DNA of 64,000 nucleotides from Candidatus Zambryskiibacteriota bacterium (GTDB taxonomy: Bacteria; Patescibacteriota; Minisyncoccia; Phycocordibacterales; WO2-35-19), in NCBI GenBank assembly GCA_963840745.1, contig CAWJAC010000005.1, forward strand, positions 17,615-81,614. Direction: 5' to 3'. Position 1 is the stretch's first letter. Each line of letters begins with the position of its first letter. Position numbers and translations under genes: made by a program. Below, one piece after another: positions 8,999 to 17,185 of the stretch. The notes beneath the pieces are model-generated. The model ran no database searches and was not told the DNA's origin. It saw only the letters and a program-made list of their open reading frames with translations.

Positions 8999-9687
8999 AT
9001 GACGAGTTATCAAATAAAATTATAGAGCAAATCGATGCAGAAAAAATTTCGCCGAGGCCGTATTGGTACTTTGTCTCTCTACGGGTGATTTTTTGGATTT
9101 TTGCCTTTCTTTCAGTAATTGTCGGCAGTCTTGCTGTCGGAGCAATGCTTTTTCTATTTGTTGATTATCACGCCCACGGTCTTTCGATAATTCCGCATGA
9201 TTTGACCGAGTTTTTGCTTCTTATACCGTACATTTGGCTTATTGTGTTTGTCTTGTTCATTATAATAGGCCGGGAAAGCATAAAACACACCAAAAGAGGA
9301 TACAAATACCGTTTATACGCCATAGTTTCGGTGAGTGTATTTTTGAGTTTTATATTCGGCTCCATTTTTAATTTTATAGGAGGCGGTAAAACAGTTCACG
9401 AGTCTTTAAGCAGAGTCCCGCTTTATGCTTATGTAACCTATGATTCAAGAGACGCCTGGGATCAGCCGGGCATAGGAAGACTGGCGGGAATTGTCACATT
9501 TATAAAAGACAAAAATGATTTCTCTATAATTGATTTCAACGGACACATCTGGCAGGTTAGGCTTGCCGCTTCCACCAATAGCAATAACTTCACTGTGGAA
9601 GCAAGTTCAACTGTTAGAATATCCGGTTTTCTTGATCCTTTATCGAACACATTTATTGCAAAATCTATAGTTGAGTGGGAAGAATAG
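8995..9687 (+). CDS. putative membrane anti-sigma factor with C-terminal extracytoplasmic domain
   Basis: ATGA overlap with the sigma gene; three TM helices and a beta-rich tail. Confidence 0.55.
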   Translation: MNDELSNKIIEQIDAEKISPRPYWYFVSLRVIFWIFAFLSVIVGSLAVGAMLFLFVDYHAHGLSIIPHDLTEFLLLIPYIWLIVFVLFIIIGRESIKHTKRGYKYRLYAIVSVSVFLSFIFGSIFNFIGGGKTVHESLSRVPLYAYVTYDSRDAWDQPGIGRLAGIVTFIKDKNDFSIIDFNGHIWQVRLAASTNSNNFTVEASSTVRISGFLDPLSNTFIAKSIVEWEE

Positions 9688-9691
9688 TTTT

Positions 9692-9717
9692 TGAAAGAAA
9701 TCTTTTATGCAGACGTA
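9692..9717 (+). promoter_or_regulatory. ECF-type promoter TGAAAG-N16-CGTA
   Basis: Resembles SigW-type TGAAAC-N16-CGTA; similar copy at 10682. Confidence 0.5.
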
Positions 9718-9764
9718 TAAATAAGTGTGGGTCGATAATTAATCGATAAAAACTATGAACTTTT

Positions 9765-9794
9765 ACAAAAGAGGCCACTAGGGTCTCTTTTGTT
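9765..9794 (+). terminator. intrinsic terminator
   Basis: ACAAAAGAGGCC / GGTCTCTTTTGT inverted repeat. Confidence 0.7.
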
Positions 9795-9844
9795 ATCTAT
9801 GAAAGATTTACGCGTATTGAAATGTATTATCTAATGAAGCGGCC

Positions 9845-9871
9845 TGCAACTAATTGCTTCCGCTTCTCGTA
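9845..9871 (+). promoter_or_regulatory. ECF-type promoter TGCAAC-N17-CGTA
   Basis: Same elements and spacing as 30498-30524; upstream of the gene at 9921. Confidence 0.6.
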
Positions 9872-9920
9872 TATATCATAAAGGTTCATAGGTTATTAAT
9901 TACATAATCTTAAATTACAA

Positions 9921-10667
9921 ATGAAAAATAAAATTGGAATAATTGTAATCAGCTCTGCTATGCTTGGCCCTCTCCTTATAGGAAGTGTCGCGTTTGCGGC
10001 TGATTATGGTCTTGGAAATAGCGGTATAGGAAGTCGTGCTCCGGGTATTTTCGGTACTGTTTCTGTAATAAACGGTACAAATCTCACGGTAACTAGCAAA
10101 GGTTTCGGCCAAAATACGACTCAGACCACTTACACCGTTGATGCAACAAATGCAACTGTTACTAAAAACGGTACCACTTCAACTATTGGAAATGTAGTTG
10201 TGGGTGACACGGTATCTGTGCAGGGTACGGTTAATGGGACAAATGTTACCGCAACAACAATTCGCGATGGTGTGATTGGCCGTAAAGGTATGCGAGGAGG
10301 GCAGAATAATGTGCCAAAAACACCGATTATTCAAGGAAATGGCCAGCCGGTTGTCGGCGGTACCATAGCTTCCATAAGCGGGACAACTTTGACGGTGACT
10401 AACGCCAGCAATGTTACGTATACAGTTGACGCCTCTTCGGCCACTATTGTAAAAGGTAACGCCACATCAACAATCTCAAACATAAGTGTTGGCGATAGAG
10501 TTGTAGTACAAGGTACAGTAAATAGCACTTCTATTACCGCTTCTTCAGTCATTGACCAGGGAGTCGCGCCAAGCAATACAAATTCAACAGGTTCTTCTAA
10601 TCAAAATGGGGGAGGTTTCTTTGGAGCTGTCAGAGGATTCTTCCATAGAATGTTCGGGTTCTTCTAG
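9921..10667 (+). CDS. secreted protein with two DUF5666-like beta repeats
   Basis: Signal peptide (VAFA); duplicated GT..I.GT.LTVT...YTVDA..AT..K...GD.V.VQGTVN. Confidence 0.75.
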   Translation: MKNKIGIIVISSAMLGPLLIGSVAFAADYGLGNSGIGSRAPGIFGTVSVINGTNLTVTSKGFGQNTTQTTYTVDATNATVTKNGTTSTIGNVVVGDTVSVQGTVNGTNVTATTIRDGVIGRKGMRGGQNNVPKTPIIQGNGQPVVGGTIASISGTTLTVTNASNVTYTVDASSATIVKGNATSTISNISVGDRVVVQGTVNSTSITASSVIDQGVAPSNTNSTGSSNQNGGGFFGAVRGFFHRMFGFF

Positions 10668-10681
10668 TAACAATAATCTTT

Positions 10682-10708
10682 TGAAAGAAGTCTCTATTAG
10701 TGTACGTA
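10682..10708 (+). promoter_or_regulatory. ECF-type promoter TGAAAG-N17-CGTA
   Basis: Similar to 9692-9717, including the downstream AAATAAGT...GGTCGA. Confidence 0.5.
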
Positions 10709-10947
10709 CAAATAAGTAGAGGTCGAGGATTATAAATAATATTCTGAGGCTAAAAGCTATATTGATTGGTGAGTGAACGAAATTTAATCAATTATAAATA
10801 TAGTCAGCGGACATTAAGCATCTTCAAGTTTGTTGTATCTAATACGGCTCGCTTGTTAGACAGCTCGTTCTAAGACTTAAAGGTTCGTCAAAATTCAACC
10901 AGTTAATTAAGCCAAAAAAAATAACATGTGATTGAATACATGATTTT

Positions 10948-10980
10948 ACAAAAGAAGCTTCTCCCGAGGCTTCTTTTGTT
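10948..10980 (+). terminator. intrinsic terminator
   Basis: ACAAAAGAAGCTTC / GAGGCTTCTTTTGT inverted repeat. Confidence 0.7.
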
Positions 10981-11030
10981 ATGTGTAATTTTTACTAAAT
11001 TAAAAAAATATGTTAGTCTTGTGTTGTAAT

Positions 11031-11101
11031 TGGGAGGTCGTCTAACGGTAGGACAACAGCCTTTGAAGCTGTGTATGAAGGTCCGATTCCTTCCCTCCCA
11101 G
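11031..11101 (+). tRNA. tRNA-Gln(TTG), CCA not encoded
   Basis: Acceptor TGGGAGG/CCTCCCA; D-arm GTC..GAC; anticodon arm ACAGC-CTTTGAA-GCTGT; T-arm GAAGG-TCCGATT-CCTTC. Confidence 0.93.
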
Positions 11102-12550
11102 CATTTGAGATAAAGTGCCATTTTTGGGTGCTTTATACATCACATCAAACGGAGTTTTAAGTTTAATTTGAGCCACATTTTTATCTTTGAAAGAAAGGTT
11201 CCAACATAGATTTTCTACAATATTTCTTTTTTTGAAATCATCAGCATCTAAAAATTCTTTCATGGCTCTGTTGCCTTGTAGAAAAGCATTTTTAGTCGGT
11301 TCCAACATAGAAGCTGGTTGTCTGTTTTTTAATTCTTGGATCTGCTTGTCTAGAGATATTCTGTCATTGTGAATACCCAACATTTTTTGGTCGTATATTT
11401 CCTTTGAAATCTGATCAGCAAGGAAAGTATCGAGTAATTTGTTTTCTTTCGTTTTAAGCGATTCTAGTGAGCTTTGGAGGGTAGCTAAGGCAGTGTCAAA
11501 GTATTCGGTATCTAAGCCTGCTTTCTCTTTGGCCGCTTTGTACATAAGTTCAATTTTACGTTCAGAGAAAGCCAAATTACCGAGAATATTGGCAAAAATA
11601 CTATAAAGATAAGTTTCTCTCATATAGCTTTTATGTTCTTCGCATTTCTCTTTTCTGTTGGTGCAGTAGTAATAATGATGTCCTTTTTTAAGAGAAGAGG
11701 TTAAAGCACAACCGCAATTTTCACACTTTAGGAATCCTCTTAAGGGGAAGAATAATCTTTTGGTTTTTGGTCTTGATTTATCGGCTAACAATTCTTGAGC
11801 TTTGTCATAATCAGATTTTGAAATTAATGGTTCGTGATTGCCGTTATAATATTTTCCATCTCTAACCATAATACCTGCGTAAAAAGGGGACGATAAAATT
11901 CGGCTGATGTGGCTTATCAAAACTTTCTTTCCCGATTTTGTTCGCAATCCTTCGTCAAACAAAATTCTGGCAACATCTCTGTATCCATAACTGCCAGTCA
12001 AATATAATTCATAAGCTCTTTTTACATACTTGGAACGGACAGGGTCAATGATTATTGTTTTTTTAGCTTTGTCATTCAAATATCCGAACGGAGCTTGATT
12101 AGGCCATTCACCACGAGCAAGTTTTTCTCTGTTTCCTCGTTTAACATTTACACTTAAATCTCTGATATATTGGTTTGCCATTGCTTGCTCAATGCTCATA
12201 AGCAAAACATTGTCGTTTGGATAATATGATTTTTCAAAAGTTCTAATGCATTTAATTTTATTATTTTGCAGTAGCCACTGAATTTGTCCGCCATCAACGG
12301 GATTTCTGGTTAAGCGATCAATTTTCCAACAGAGAATAGCGTCAGCTTTACCGGCAGAAAGCATTTTTATCATTTCGTTAAAAATGGGGCGACCGGGCTC
12401 TTTGGCAGATTTGCTTTCTCTTAATATTTTTACTATCTCAAAATTTTCTTTTTGAGCTATTTCTTTAAGTTCGTTTTCTTGTGAATCCAAGGACAAAACC
12501 TGTTTGTCTTCTGTATCAGTAGATTTCCGGCAATAGATTAGATATTTCAT
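11042..12550 (-). CDS. large serine recombinase (resolvase + recombinase + zinc ribbon + coiled coil)
   Basis: YCRKST catalytic Ser, ESKSAK.PGRP, DRLTRN, APFGY, CENCG...YYYC...C; 3' end overlaps tRNA-Gln antisense. Confidence 0.95.
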   Translation of the reverse strand: MKYLIYCRKSTDTEDKQVLSLDSQENELKEIAQKENFEIVKILRESKSAKEPGRPIFNEMIKMLSAGKADAILCWKIDRLTRNPVDGGQIQWLLQNNKIKCIRTFEKSYYPNDNVLLMSIEQAMANQYIRDLSVNVKRGNREKLARGEWPNQAPFGYLNDKAKKTIIIDPVRSKYVKRAYELYLTGSYGYRDVARILFDEGLRTKSGKKVLISHISRILSSPFYAGIMVRDGKYYNGNHEPLISKSDYDKAQELLADKSRPKTKRLFFPLRGFLKCENCGCALTSSLKKGHHYYYCTNRKEKCEEHKSYMRETYLYSIFANILGNLAFSERKIELMYKAAKEKAGLDTEYFDTALATLQSSLESLKTKENKLLDTFLADQISKEIYDQKMLGIHNDRISLDKQIQELKNRQPASMLEPTKNAFLQGNRAMKEFLDADDFKKRNIVENLCWNLSFKDKNVAQIKLKTPFDVMYKAPKNGTLSQMLGGKESDLHTQLQRLLSYR

Positions 12551-13347
12551 GTTAGATAACTTTTATTAATAAACCCTATCACATCTTCCTTTAAATCAGA
12601 AAGTTCGGAAAGGTTCATAACTTCATATTGAATTTTACCCTGATAATCTGTATCAATTTCCTTACTGAATTCTGGCTTTATATTATTAAGTTTTTCCTCA
12701 ATTTTGGAAGCTAAAACTTCATCTCTTATAACAATCGGTCGGAAAAGATTTCTACTAGGAAAATATCTTTTATGCCCCTCAAGTCTTGGATCAATGAAAT
12801 CTTTGGACATATACTTAGTCATGTATAATCCGATATTTCTAACTTGCTCAATATTGCGTATTTTTATAAATCCATGCTCCCAAATTTTGGCTAATTCATC
12901 TTTATCAAACCAATGCAAATTAAAATATACTGAATGAAAATGTTCAGCTCCTCTTTTCTGAAATTCTGGGTTAGTAACATATTTTAAATGATTTGTTTTT
13001 TCTCCAGTCAGATAATAATTAAATCTTTTCAAAAAATTTGTATACATTTTATTTCCTTGCTCTAAATCAGTTATGTTTTCTGCAAAAGTTAAAGTTATAA
13101 ATTTTGGCTGATAAATTTTACCATCCGGATCAGACCACTGTCTTGCATTAGCATTAATGAGACGCGTCAGATTTTTTCTTGTCCTGTACAAAGATCTAGC
13201 TTTCATTAAATCCTTTTCCTCTTGAGTTTTAACCCTGTCGGAATCAGAATGTTTTTCCGGAGCTTCAAAACCATAAAAAACCGGCTCCTCATATTTGTAA
13301 GTTTCTACAATATCACCGGATATAACCACTTTAATTTTTGTCCTCAT
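12547..13347 (-). CDS. HUH-superfamily rolling-circle replication initiator (Rep)
   Basis: Motif 1 FITLTF, motif 2 EFQKRGAEHFH, motif 3 YMTKYMSK; ATGA overlap with the recombinase. Confidence 0.88.
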   Translation of the reverse strand: MRTKIKVVISGDIVETYKYEEPVFYGFEAPEKHSDSDRVKTQEEKDLMKARSLYRTRKNLTRLINANARQWSDPDGKIYQPKFITLTFAENITDLEQGNKMYTNFLKRFNYYLTGEKTNHLKYVTNPEFQKRGAEHFHSVYFNLHWFDKDELAKIWEHGFIKIRNIEQVRNIGLYMTKYMSKDFIDPRLEGHKRYFPSRNLFRPIVIRDEVLASKIEEKLNNIKPEFSKEIDTDYQGKIQYEVMNLSELSDLKEDVIGFINKSYLT

Positions 13348-13357
13348 CGTATTAAGT

Positions 13358-13431
13358 GTGATATTAATCAAGTCTAAAGAGGCGGCTCATTTTGTCGCGG
13401 GGCTTTAATGCCCGCTCCAAAATCCGCCGCC
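13358..13431 (-). other. candidate double-strand origin (nick-like sequence plus GC-rich inverted repeat)
   Basis: Minus-strand GACTTGATTAATATCAC beside a nested inverted repeat at 13381-13431, just upstream of rep. Confidence 0.5.
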
Positions 13432-13631
13432 GACTTTTTACCCGAGTATGCCAAAAACAAACCAGCCAAAGAATTTAAATATTCTTCGGCTTGTTCTAGA
13501 GACAAATCTAAATTATCTTCTTCCTTGAAGACTTTAATTGTTTCGTCTATAAGTTCCTTGGAGAATGTGGCATTTAGAATATCTCCCTTATCGAGAGATA
13601 AAGATTGCCTTAAATTTTTTGGCAAGGACAT
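13374..13631 (-). CDS. small helical hypothetical protein heading the rep-recombinase operon (start uncertain)
   Basis: FSKELIDETIKVFKEEDNLDLSLEQAEEYLNSLAGLFLAY; co-oriented with rep and the recombinase. Confidence 0.6.
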   Translation of the reverse strand: MSLPKNLRQSLSLDKGDILNATFSKELIDETIKVFKEEDNLDLSLEQAEEYLNSLAGLFLAYSGKKSAADFGAGIKAPRQNEPPL

Positions 13632-13675
13632 CTGATTGGCCCATGCCCACACTAAATGCAACTACAACAGATTAA

Positions 13676-13703
13676 ATTGTATTACGCTGAAAAAAGTTTG
13701 CAA
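13676..13703 (-). promoter_or_regulatory. promoter for the small ORF-rep-recombinase operon
   Basis: Minus strand TTGCAA-N16-TACAAT. Confidence 0.5.
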
Positions 13704-13813
13704 GTTTACTGCACACGAAAATGATGCCGTGATATTCAATAAAAAAATAGAAAATTTTGCCTTAAAAATACATTTGTTTTAATTCGTGTCATATGTGATA
13801 CTTATGATTATTA

Positions 13814-14646
13814 ATGCCAATATCTACTTTAAACAAACCAATGGTAAAAATTAACAGGATTTCAAAACCATATTTTCATCATGATGGCAGAATTGCTATT
13901 TACAACGATGATATTTTAAAATTTACAAAAATACCAGATGGTTCCGTTGATCTGATCATTACATCACCACCTTACAATGTGGACATTCACTATAACTCAC
14001 ATGCAGATAATTTGAGCTATGAAGACTATTTGGAGTTCACGACAAAATGGATTAAAAGATGTTTTGAGTTAACTAAAAATGAGGGTCGTCTTTGTTTGAA
14101 TATTCCACTTGATAAAAATAAAGGCGGACAAAAATCTGTCGGTGCAGATATTACAAAAATTGCAAAAGATGTCGGCTGGAAATACCACTCAACAATTATT
14201 TGGAATGAGGGAAACATATCCCGCCGAACGGCTTGGGGTTCGTTTATGTCTGCCTCTGCCCCATATGTTATCGCACCTGTGGAATTGATTTTAATTTTAT
14301 ATAAAGATAGCTGGAAGAAAAATGGTGGGAGTAGAAAAAATGACATAACGAAACAGGAATTTATGGACTGGACTAATGGAGTTTGGACATTCAATGGCCA
14401 AAGCAAAAAAGGAGCTGGTGGACATCCGGCGGCTTTTCCAATTGAATTACCTAGGCGTTGTATCAAATTATTTAGTTTTATTGATGATATTGTGTTTGAC
14501 CCGTTTCTGGGGAGTGGTTCACTCTTATTGCTTCATATTTGAATAATCGCAAAGGTATGGGTGTTGATATTGATAAAGAATATTGCGATATTGCTATAAG
14601 TCGTTTAAAAGAGGAGGGTAAAATTAATCAGCCAATATTAATGTAA
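13814..14646 (+). pseudogene. beta-class N4-C/N6-A DNA methyltransferase with one base missing near 14520
   Basis: TSPPY, HPAAFP, DPFLGSG; the expected tail TLIASYLNNRKGMGVDIDKEYCDIA continues in another frame to TAA 14646. Confidence 0.88.
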
Positions 14647-14651
14647 TTATC

Positions 14652-15254
14652 ATGAAAAAGAAAAATGAGAAGAAAGATAATAATGTTCAAAAAAATCTCA
14701 TAGTTGAGTTTTTCAAGAAAAATCCAAACAGAGATATAAAACATCCAGAGGTTGTTGACTGGGTTGTCGCAACATATAAAAAACGAACTGGTAATGTATT
14801 CCGAGACCCAGATAGAGCAGTTCGCAGTCTGGCACAAAAAGGATTTTTAATAAAAGTTGCTAAAGGAATTTATCGCTATGACCCCGAAAAAGAATTTCTA
14901 CGAGAATTACAAGATTTTACATCGGCACAAAAAGAAGAAATTTTAAAAAGAGACGGGTATAAATGTGTAATATGTGGTAGAGGAAAAGCAGACGGGATGG
15001 AACTTCATGTTGACCATATAAAACCAAAAGATTTTGGAGGTGAAGCAACAATTGAAAACGGCCAAACATTATGCTCACAACATAATTTTATAAAGAAAAA
15101 TCTCAAACAAACGGAAACAGGAAAGAAAATGTTTATCCGTTTATATGAATTGGCAAAAAGCGAAAATAACCCCGAGTTGGTAAAATTTTGTGCTGATGTA
15201 TTGGAGACCTATGAAAAACACAACATAAACGGGCATATTGTTTGGAATAAATAA
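14652..15254 (+). CDS. HNH endonuclease, probable cognate restriction endonuclease
   Basis: CVICG...LHVDHIKP..FGG....NGQTLC..HN; starts 5 nt after the methyltransferase stop. Confidence 0.85.
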   Translation: MKKKNEKKDNNVQKNLIVEFFKKNPNRDIKHPEVVDWVVATYKKRTGNVFRDPDRAVRSLAQKGFLIKVAKGIYRYDPEKEFLRELQDFTSAQKEEILKRDGYKCVICGRGKADGMELHVDHIKPKDFGGEATIENGQTLCSQHNFIKKNLKQTETGKKMFIRLYELAKSENNPELVKFCADVLETYEKHNINGHIVWNK

Positions 15255-15300
15255 TTATGAAATAGAAATAAAATTTTGTTTGGAAATTTAAATAGTTATT

Positions 15301-15907
15301 ATGCAAACCACAACAATTTTAGATTTAATAAGAATACTGCTTTCTTGGCCACCCGTTGGAGCAATTGTTTTTTTCTTTTTTGTTTATAAGTTTGGGGGTT
15401 CAATTAAGATTTTTCTTGAAACACATGAACTAACAGGGGGCAGGACCGGTTAATGTTCAACAAAAACAGCCTAACCATTCTTCAGAAAGAGATTCAAATA
15501 ATGATTCTGTTATAGAAAATCCCGAATTAGAAAAAGAGAAATTGAAAAAAGAAATAGATGACCTAAAAATAAAGGTTGAGAATGAGTCTAGGGGTAAAAA
15601 AAATCTAGAAGAACTTTTTGGTGTACAGCAAAGACTAACTGAAATAAATGAATTTTCATATCTAGCTTTATTTTTTGTTGATCAAACAAAGAGAGTTTTA
15701 AAATGGTTTTATGATTCAAAAAGTAATCAAACCATCACCAAAGAATCATTTAACCAATTATGGTTGCCATTTATTACAGATTTGAACCAAAGAGAGGTTA
15801 TTTTTACTCTTTTAAATGCTTACGGAATGATATCAGGTGTTCTTGGGGGAGCATTTGTTATTACAGAAAAAGGTGAACGATTTTTAAAATCTATAAATTT
15901 TATTTAA
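15301..15907 (+). pseudogene. membrane-anchored hypothetical protein split at a G5 run (15436-15440)
   Basis: ATG 15301 TM segment (LLSWPPVGAIVFFFFVY); removing one G joins it to the ORF ending at 15907 (coiled coil, ITEKGERFL tail). Confidence 0.6.
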
Positions 15908-16101
15908 TTAAACAGGTTCCAACTTCGTACCAGACGGCCAGCCACAGTCAGCGAGGTGTAGAGCAGACCGGAGAGCCTTATTTTGAGCAATATTTCTAGA
16001 ACTACTAAAATTCGTCCATGATGGGTAGAAATTACTAAAATGCAAAATGTGTTTCAAAATAAAGAAAAAGCGAGATTCGATTCCTAGAAACATAAAATGC
16101 T

Positions 16102-17139
16102 ATGATTGAAGATATGAAAAACCAACACAGTAAGGTCTGGACGTGGACGCTCATCGTACTCGCACTACTTGTCGTCGGCGGGGGAGTATATTTTCTCATC
16201 CACCAGCAAACATATTCGCCAGCAGACACTGCTACAACTACTTCGCCCGTAACAGCCAACACCTATGGGATGGTCCAATACACCGATCCGGATTTCAATT
16301 TCAGCTTCTGGTACCCAAGCTCTTGGCAAATTCTTCCGACGACCACGAAGAATACGACGTCGTTTCCAGGTGGCACCTTGGTAAAGACATTGCAGATTGG
16401 TTCGGCAGGCGGTGTCACAATCAGCATCGTCAATTCTCCAAACCAAACAATCACCGATGAGCCAAACATCCACGCAAGCCCGATTGCTCAGACGAAATAT
16501 TTCTATGACTCAGCGTCGAAACAATGGATGGTCGCATATCCCGAGGGAACAAATTCGGGGACGGAGGCCACGACCACTGCAAATATTTCGAATACAACGA
16601 TAGCAGGTCTCGTTATGCTTCCAAGCGGTCGTCGTTTTGATACAAGCATAATTCCCTTAAGCACAACGAACTTTCTCGTCGTGAGTGATGGAGGAGGAAG
16701 CAATGCTACGGTTCTCGCAAAAACTATTTCATTTGCGGGAAGCTCTGTCAGTTCTTCAGTCCTATCCGCTACATTACAGACGGAAGCGAATACCTATACA
16801 GACACAAGTACCGCTTCCAACATTCAGCAACTGAATGCGCCTGGAAGCGTATCGCTCCAACAAGGCGGCATCGCTGAAATTCGAAACAAAAGTTTTTACT
16901 TCACTCTACAAAGCCTCTCATCGTCTTTAGCCACAATCCAAATCACGCCAGTCGGATGCTGGAATTCCTTCCCGTCGGACACGCCGCCTAAGATTCGTTG
17001 TATGATCGCTGTCATGCCTATACCGCCGCAAACGCTTTCTGTCGGCCAAACGTATAGTGCCGCGAACTATAGCATTACACTCACGCAAATTAGCAACGGC
17101 ACGGCAACATTTTCAGTGGGTGCGCCATCGGCGATTTAG
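16102..17139 (+). CDS. membrane-anchored extracytoplasmic hypothetical protein
   Basis: N-terminal TM helix, Thr-rich linker, YTDPDFNFSFWYPSSW motif. Confidence 0.75.
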   Translation: MIEDMKNQHSKVWTWTLIVLALLVVGGGVYFLIHQQTYSPADTATTTSPVTANTYGMVQYTDPDFNFSFWYPSSWQILPTTTKNTTSFPGGTLVKTLQIGSAGGVTISIVNSPNQTITDEPNIHASPIAQTKYFYDSASKQWMVAYPEGTNSGTEATTTANISNTTIAGLVMLPSGRRFDTSIIPLSTTNFLVVSDGGGSNATVLAKTISFAGSSVSSSVLSATLQTEANTYTDTSTASNIQQLNAPGSVSLQQGGIAEIRNKSFYFTLQSLSSSLATIQITPVGCWNSFPSDTPPKIRCMIAVMPIPPQTLSVGQTYSAANYSITLTQISNGTATFSVGAPSAI

Positions 17140-17185
17140 TAAGGAAGAATAAGGAAAAGATGGGTCTTTTTTAATTGAATATCAT

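Larger units (their letters stand above)
11090..15910. mobile_element. tRNA-Gln-associated integrative element: serine recombinase, HUH Rep, small ORF and RM-like cargo; right boundary uncertain
   Basis: Gene content and position against the tRNA 3' end; no long direct repeat found. Confidence 0.75.

Noticed and set aside
11042-15907. Prophage or inovirus interpretation of the element
   Set aside because: No Zot-like ATPase, coat, capsid, terminase or tail genes are recognisable.
16076-16085. TTCGATTCCT as an attR copy of the tRNA-Gln T-arm (TCCGATTCCT, 11082-11091)
   Set aside because: Only 9 of 10 nt match and the acceptor-stem sequence does not follow; chance is not excluded, so it was not used as a boundary.
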